Part shown: positions 59,687 to 63,493 of the stretch, piece after piece | Layout of the letters: each line of letters opens with the position of its first letter | Position numbering within the stretch: the first letter of the stretch is position 1 | Translations under genes and position numbers: made by a program | Assembly: GCA_048060695.1 (NCBI GenBank) | Contig: JBGMQT010000006.1 | Location: forward strand, 1-63,493 | Reading direction: 5' to 3' | DNA from: Acidiferrobacterales bacterium | GTDB lineage: Bacteria > Pseudomonadota > Gammaproteobacteria > Acidiferrobacterales > JAJDNE01 | Length of the DNA stretch: 63,493 nucleotides | Notes under the pieces: model-generated | What the model was told of the DNA's origin: nothing | Seen by the model: the letters and a program-made list of their open reading frames with translations, nothing else | Databases searched by the model: none

Positions 59687-60574
59687 ATGGGCGAACATTC
59701 CGAAAAAACAGCAATCATGTTTGTGGACATAGAGGGCAGTACCAAACTCTATGAAAAACTTGGCGATCAGAAGGCCCAGCAAATAATCGAGCGCTGCCTC
59801 GGTATCGCCTCAGACATCATTAAGAAATCCAAAGGCACCATCGTTAAATTTATCGGCGATGAAGTTATGAGCCGGTTTGCAGACGAAGATTCGGCCATTG
59901 AAGCCGCCTGTAAAATTCAGGAAGCGCTGGAGAATGGCAAGGCCAGGGAAGCGCTGCCCTCGGTGCGCATCGGGTTGCACTATGGCACCGCCATCGAGAA
60001 AGAAGGGGACGTGTTCGGTGACGCCGTCAATGTTGCGGCTCGCGTAACGGCAATTGCCAAGGGCAAACAGATCATCACCACCGCGGACACTGTGTTGAAC
60101 CTTTCGCCGAAGCATGTTGGTATGACGCGCGAATTTGATAAAACAGCGATCAAAGGCAAGGAGGGCGAGGTAACAATCTATGAGGTGTTATGGCAGCCGG
60201 AAAATGCGACCCAGATGCGTACAGCGATCAAAAGCGGAAGTGCCGACGCTGCCTCCCTGCTGAGTATTGTTTACGATGGAAACGAGTCAAATATCAAAGC
60301 AAATGCGCCGGATTTTATGATTGGTCGGGATCCGCGCTGCGATCTGATTGTTAATTCTGATTTTTCGTCTCGTATACATGCACGTATCGAGTATCGGCGA
60401 GGTAAATTTGTGCTCGTAGACCAGAGCACCAACGGTACTTACGTTATTATGGAAAACAAACAGAGTATTTATATTCGGCGCGAAGAATTACCTTTGGTCG
60501 GTGTAGGCACTATAGGATTGGGCGAGTCTGTGGATGATGACAGTTTGCACGTCATTCGTTTTGCCTGTCTCTAA
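59687..60574 (+). CDS. Class III adenylate cyclase with C-terminal FHA domain
   Basis: FVDIEGST, KFIGD, DVFGDAVNVAAR; FHA motifs IGR, SRIHA, STNGT. Confidence 0.92.
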   Translation: MGEHSEKTAIMFVDIEGSTKLYEKLGDQKAQQIIERCLGIASDIIKKSKGTIVKFIGDEVMSRFADEDSAIEAACKIQEALENGKAREALPSVRIGLHYGTAIEKEGDVFGDAVNVAARVTAIAKGKQIITTADTVLNLSPKHVGMTREFDKTAIKGKEGEVTIYEVLWQPENATQMRTAIKSGSADAASLLSIVYDGNESNIKANAPDFMIGRDPRCDLIVNSDFSSRIHARIEYRRGKFVLVDQSTNGTYVIMENKQSIYIRREELPLVGVGTIGLGESVDDDSLHVIRFACL

Positions 60575-60593
60575 AGGCTGAATACAGAATAGA

Positions 60594-61328
60594 TCAGATC
60601 GGGAAAACAACGCCGATGGTCGCAATGTTGAAATTCTTGTCAATCGAGTTGGTAACAAGATCGGTTTTGTAACTCTTTTGCTTGTAAGATATGTAGTAAG
60701 TGAGTTTGTCTTTGAAGGTGTCGCTCCAGGTCAAGCCAAAGCTGTAACCGGTAGTTTTACCGTTTTCCCGGGTACTCACACCGCCGGGGTCGGAATCCTG
60801 GACAATCAATGACCCGTCCATACTGGCGTAGGCCAGGTTCAATCCAATGGTGCCAGTCTTGCCAACGTAAAAGGAGTAGTTCGCACCCAGGTATAAACCG
60901 GAATCGAGGTGCTGGGTATAGACCGGGTAGGGCGGCAAACCACCACCCCCGTCAAAACTGATAATAGACGTTTTACCGTATGAGTAACCACCGAATAGCG
61001 ATAGATTCTCGAGCGCGTAGTAGCCAACGGAGATACCATAATCTTCACGTTTGAATTGGCGAATCAACGCCGGGCCGTAAGTGTACTCCTCACCCAGCGG
61101 GACTTCGGCGCCGATTCTGACATAATAGCGCTCATACGCAACCGTCAAACCCATGTCGATGACACTGAATCGGCTGGCGTCTTCACCGCCAACGGAACGG
61201 GTAAATTTGAGGCTGCTGAAACCGTAACCGATACTCGGCACCACAGTAAGTTCCGCCGCACCGGCCGGCAGGGAAATGAATAGCAGTAAAAAGACAGTAG
61301 AAAGTGCCCTGATTTTCATTATTTTCAT
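60594..61328 (-). CDS. Outer-membrane beta-barrel-like protein
   Basis: Signal peptide ending AGA-AE; alternating aromatic/Gly strands (ISVGYY, LFGGYSYG, YLGANYSF); start 61328 or 61319. Confidence 0.7.
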   Translation of the reverse strand: MKIMKIRALSTVFLLLFISLPAGAAELTVVPSIGYGFSSLKFTRSVGGEDASRFSVIDMGLTVAYERYYVRIGAEVPLGEEYTYGPALIRQFKREDYGISVGYYALENLSLFGGYSYGKTSIISFDGGGGLPPYPVYTQHLDSGLYLGANYSFYVGKTGTIGLNLAYASMDGSLIVQDSDPGGVSTRENGKTTGYSFGLTWSDTFKDKLTYYISYKQKSYKTDLVTNSIDKNFNIATIGVVFPI

Positions 61329-61571
61329 GCTCCCTTGAATTGGCCCCGACGCCACCAGGAATGTTAGCGCGAATCTGTCCAGTCCAGAAGAGAATAATAT
61401 GGCTAAAAGCCCGGAACAAGCCCCTGGACACCGGAATGGTAATATTTGGCATGGTGAGTATGCGGGATGTTATGAAGCACGTTGGCGCCTACGCTGGAAT
61501 GGGTACCAACGCCGACTTATACTGAATTAACCGGTATGGAATGTTTGAAAAAAATAGACTACTGATTGGAA

Positions 61572-63401
61572 ATGGCAAAAGACCAAAAAAAGGAAAAACT
61601 TCCAGAAATTCCTGGATTCAGGGTCCTGAGGGTATTGGGGCGTGGCGGTATGGCCACGGTTTATCTCGGTGTGCAGCAGTCGATGGAGCGCGAGGTGGCG
61701 ATCAAGATTATGTTACCTCAGCTTTTGACGGACCCCTCGTTTGGTGATCGCTTTTTGCGCGAGGCGCGCATCGCGGCAAAACTGGCGCACCCCCACATCG
61801 TCGCCGTTATTGATGTCGGGGTTTCCGGTGACCTGTATTACATGGCCATGGAGTACCACCCAGGTGGCGACCTCAAGGCAAAAATAAGAAAGGGGCTAGG
61901 GCAAAAACAATCGATCCGTATTATGAAAGAAATCGCGTTGGCTCTTAATTATGCCCAGCAGAGTGGTTTCGTTCACCGGGATATAAAACCGGACAATATT
62001 CTATTCAGTCGTAGCGGTTCTGCGGTGCTGTCTGATTTTGGCATCGCGCGGGCTGCCGATGGCAGTACACAATTAACCGCAACCGGGTCAGTGGTCGGCA
62101 CGCCGCACTACATGAGTCCGGAGCAGGCCCAGGGCAAACCCGTGGACGGTCGGTCGGACCTGTACAGTCTCGGCATTATGTTTTACCAGATGCTGGTTGG
62201 CAAAGTCCCCTTCCACGGCGATTCCGCCCTCTCTATCGGCATCAAGCATATTCGCGATCCAGTACCGAAACTTCCAGAAGGTCTTGCCAAGTACCAGACA
62301 TTTCTCGGCAAGTTGCTGGCCAAGAATCCTGACGAGCGTTGGCAGACCGGTGCCGACGTCGTGCGCACGCTGGAAGTACTGGAGGCCGATAAAACCGCGG
62401 CAGGTGGGGACACGCTGGCAGCCACTGCAATATCCGGAGAGGCGATACAGGCGACCCAGGTTGTGGGCACAAGTGTTACCGGGAAACCCGGAAAGAAATC
62501 CGGGCTGGTGGTAACACTAAGCATACTGCTGGTTGCCGGCATCGGTGGCTTTATCGCTTTCCAGAAGGGGTTTCTTGGTGGCTCCACAGAGCAACCGGCC
62601 AACGGGCAGGAGGTAGTATCAGCGCAGCGCGATAGCGCAGATTTACCCACGGCGGGAGACGGGGTGACAGACAAAGTCGCCCGGTTAATACTGGATGCCC
62701 AGGCCGACTATGCAGCAGGCCGCTATTTTGAGCCCGGCAGCAGTAATGCCAACCAGAAGTTTCAGGCCGTGCTTGTGATAGATAAAGACAATCAGTCGGC
62801 GAAAGAAGGCCTGCGAAACATCGGTACGATTTATATTGCCAATGCGGAAGAGGCAATCAGTGCCAATCAGTTTGATCAGGCAACCACAGCGCTGACGCTG
62901 GCGCAACGGGCCGATTCGACAAATCCGAAACTGGCAGTAGTCAATGCGGAGCTGGATGCCAGTAAAGCTGCGTACGCCAGGACGCAACGACGTGTTGCCA
63001 GAGCAAAGCGCGCGCGAACACAAACCCGCCCAACCCGGATGGACCCGGCCGCTGCAAAGCTGGCTTCCTACTTGCAGCAGGCAGCCGACCTATTGTCACC
63101 CGCGCGGCTCAGTGAGAGACGGCTTCAGTCGGCTACCCGGAAGTATGAATCAGCCTATGCCATGGCACCACGGAATCGTCGTGTCCGCCGACTACGGGAA
63201 CAAATTGCCAGCGGTTACGAGGTACTGGCGGATGAACTTCGCCTGCAAAAAAAATGGGATGAGGCGAACCGCCTTGTGGGGAAAGGGCTCTCTTTAATGC
63301 GAGACCATCGCGGATTAAAGACCCTGGTCGCAAAGATCGAAAGCGACAAGGCAGCCGCCAGACAACCATCCGGGCGTCGTCGGGCCTTCGGTGGATTCTA
63401 G
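61572..63401 (+). CDS. Membrane-anchored Hanks-type Ser/Thr kinase with helical (TPR-like) C-terminal domain
   Basis: LGRGGMATVY, VAIK, HRDIKPDN, DFG, GTPHYMSPE; TM LVVTLSILLVAGIGGFIAF; helical repeats after it. Confidence 0.93.
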   Translation: MAKDQKKEKLPEIPGFRVLRVLGRGGMATVYLGVQQSMEREVAIKIMLPQLLTDPSFGDRFLREARIAAKLAHPHIVAVIDVGVSGDLYYMAMEYHPGGDLKAKIRKGLGQKQSIRIMKEIALALNYAQQSGFVHRDIKPDNILFSRSGSAVLSDFGIARAADGSTQLTATGSVVGTPHYMSPEQAQGKPVDGRSDLYSLGIMFYQMLVGKVPFHGDSALSIGIKHIRDPVPKLPEGLAKYQTFLGKLLAKNPDERWQTGADVVRTLEVLEADKTAAGGDTLAATAISGEAIQATQVVGTSVTGKPGKKSGLVVTLSILLVAGIGGFIAFQKGFLGGSTEQPANGQEVVSAQRDSADLPTAGDGVTDKVARLILDAQADYAAGRYFEPGSSNANQKFQAVLVIDKDNQSAKEGLRNIGTIYIANAEEAISANQFDQATTALTLAQRADSTNPKLAVVNAELDASKAAYARTQRRVARAKRARTQTRPTRMDPAAAKLASYLQQAADLLSPARLSERRLQSATRKYESAYAMAPRNRRVRRLREQIASGYEVLADELRLQKKWDEANRLVGKGLSLMRDHRGLKTLVAKIESDKAAARQPSGRRRAFGGF

Positions 63402-63493
63402 TTGTAAATTGTTGAAACAGTTTATGGTGCTGTGACCAGAAAGAATCCGGCATTATAAAATGCATGCAGCAAAATCGGCGCCATAAGCCCCCC

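Overview
Mostly core chromosome of a probable chemolithoautotrophic Gammaproteobacterium (taxonomy inferred from gene content only). It contains: a form II RuBisCO locus (cbbR divergent from cbbM-cbbQ-cbbO); a tkt-gap-pgk-pyk-fba cluster preceded by an inositol-monophosphatase-family gene; the pilT/pilU, pyrRBC', ruvX/yqgE, tonB, gshAB and Pil-Chp (pilGHIJ-chpA-cheW-cheW) region; metXW-yggT-proC; and an accessory left part (sugar dehydrogenase, SLC13 permease, arfB, ABC-F, Prx, YeiH-type exporter operon, methyltransferases, AsmA, TfoX, WYL-like, GST). I saw no rRNA, tRNA, CRISPR array, transposase, integrase or phage gene, and I cannot claim a clearly new system. The best leads are: (i) a YeiH exporter operon with an unannotated 39-aa membrane microprotein, a USP and an unknown membrane protein behind a palindromic operator; (ii) an FHA-adenylate cyclase / beta-barrel / membrane Ser-Thr kinase module beside the RuBisCO locus; (iii) an ApbE-like lipoprotein that has lost its catalytic motifs; (iv) structured non-coding elements (GGA-loop cluster near 600, tkt leader, metX leader, 139-bp palindrome after gap); (v) a second unannotated 47-aa ORF. 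All product calls come from motif recognition by eye, not from database searches.
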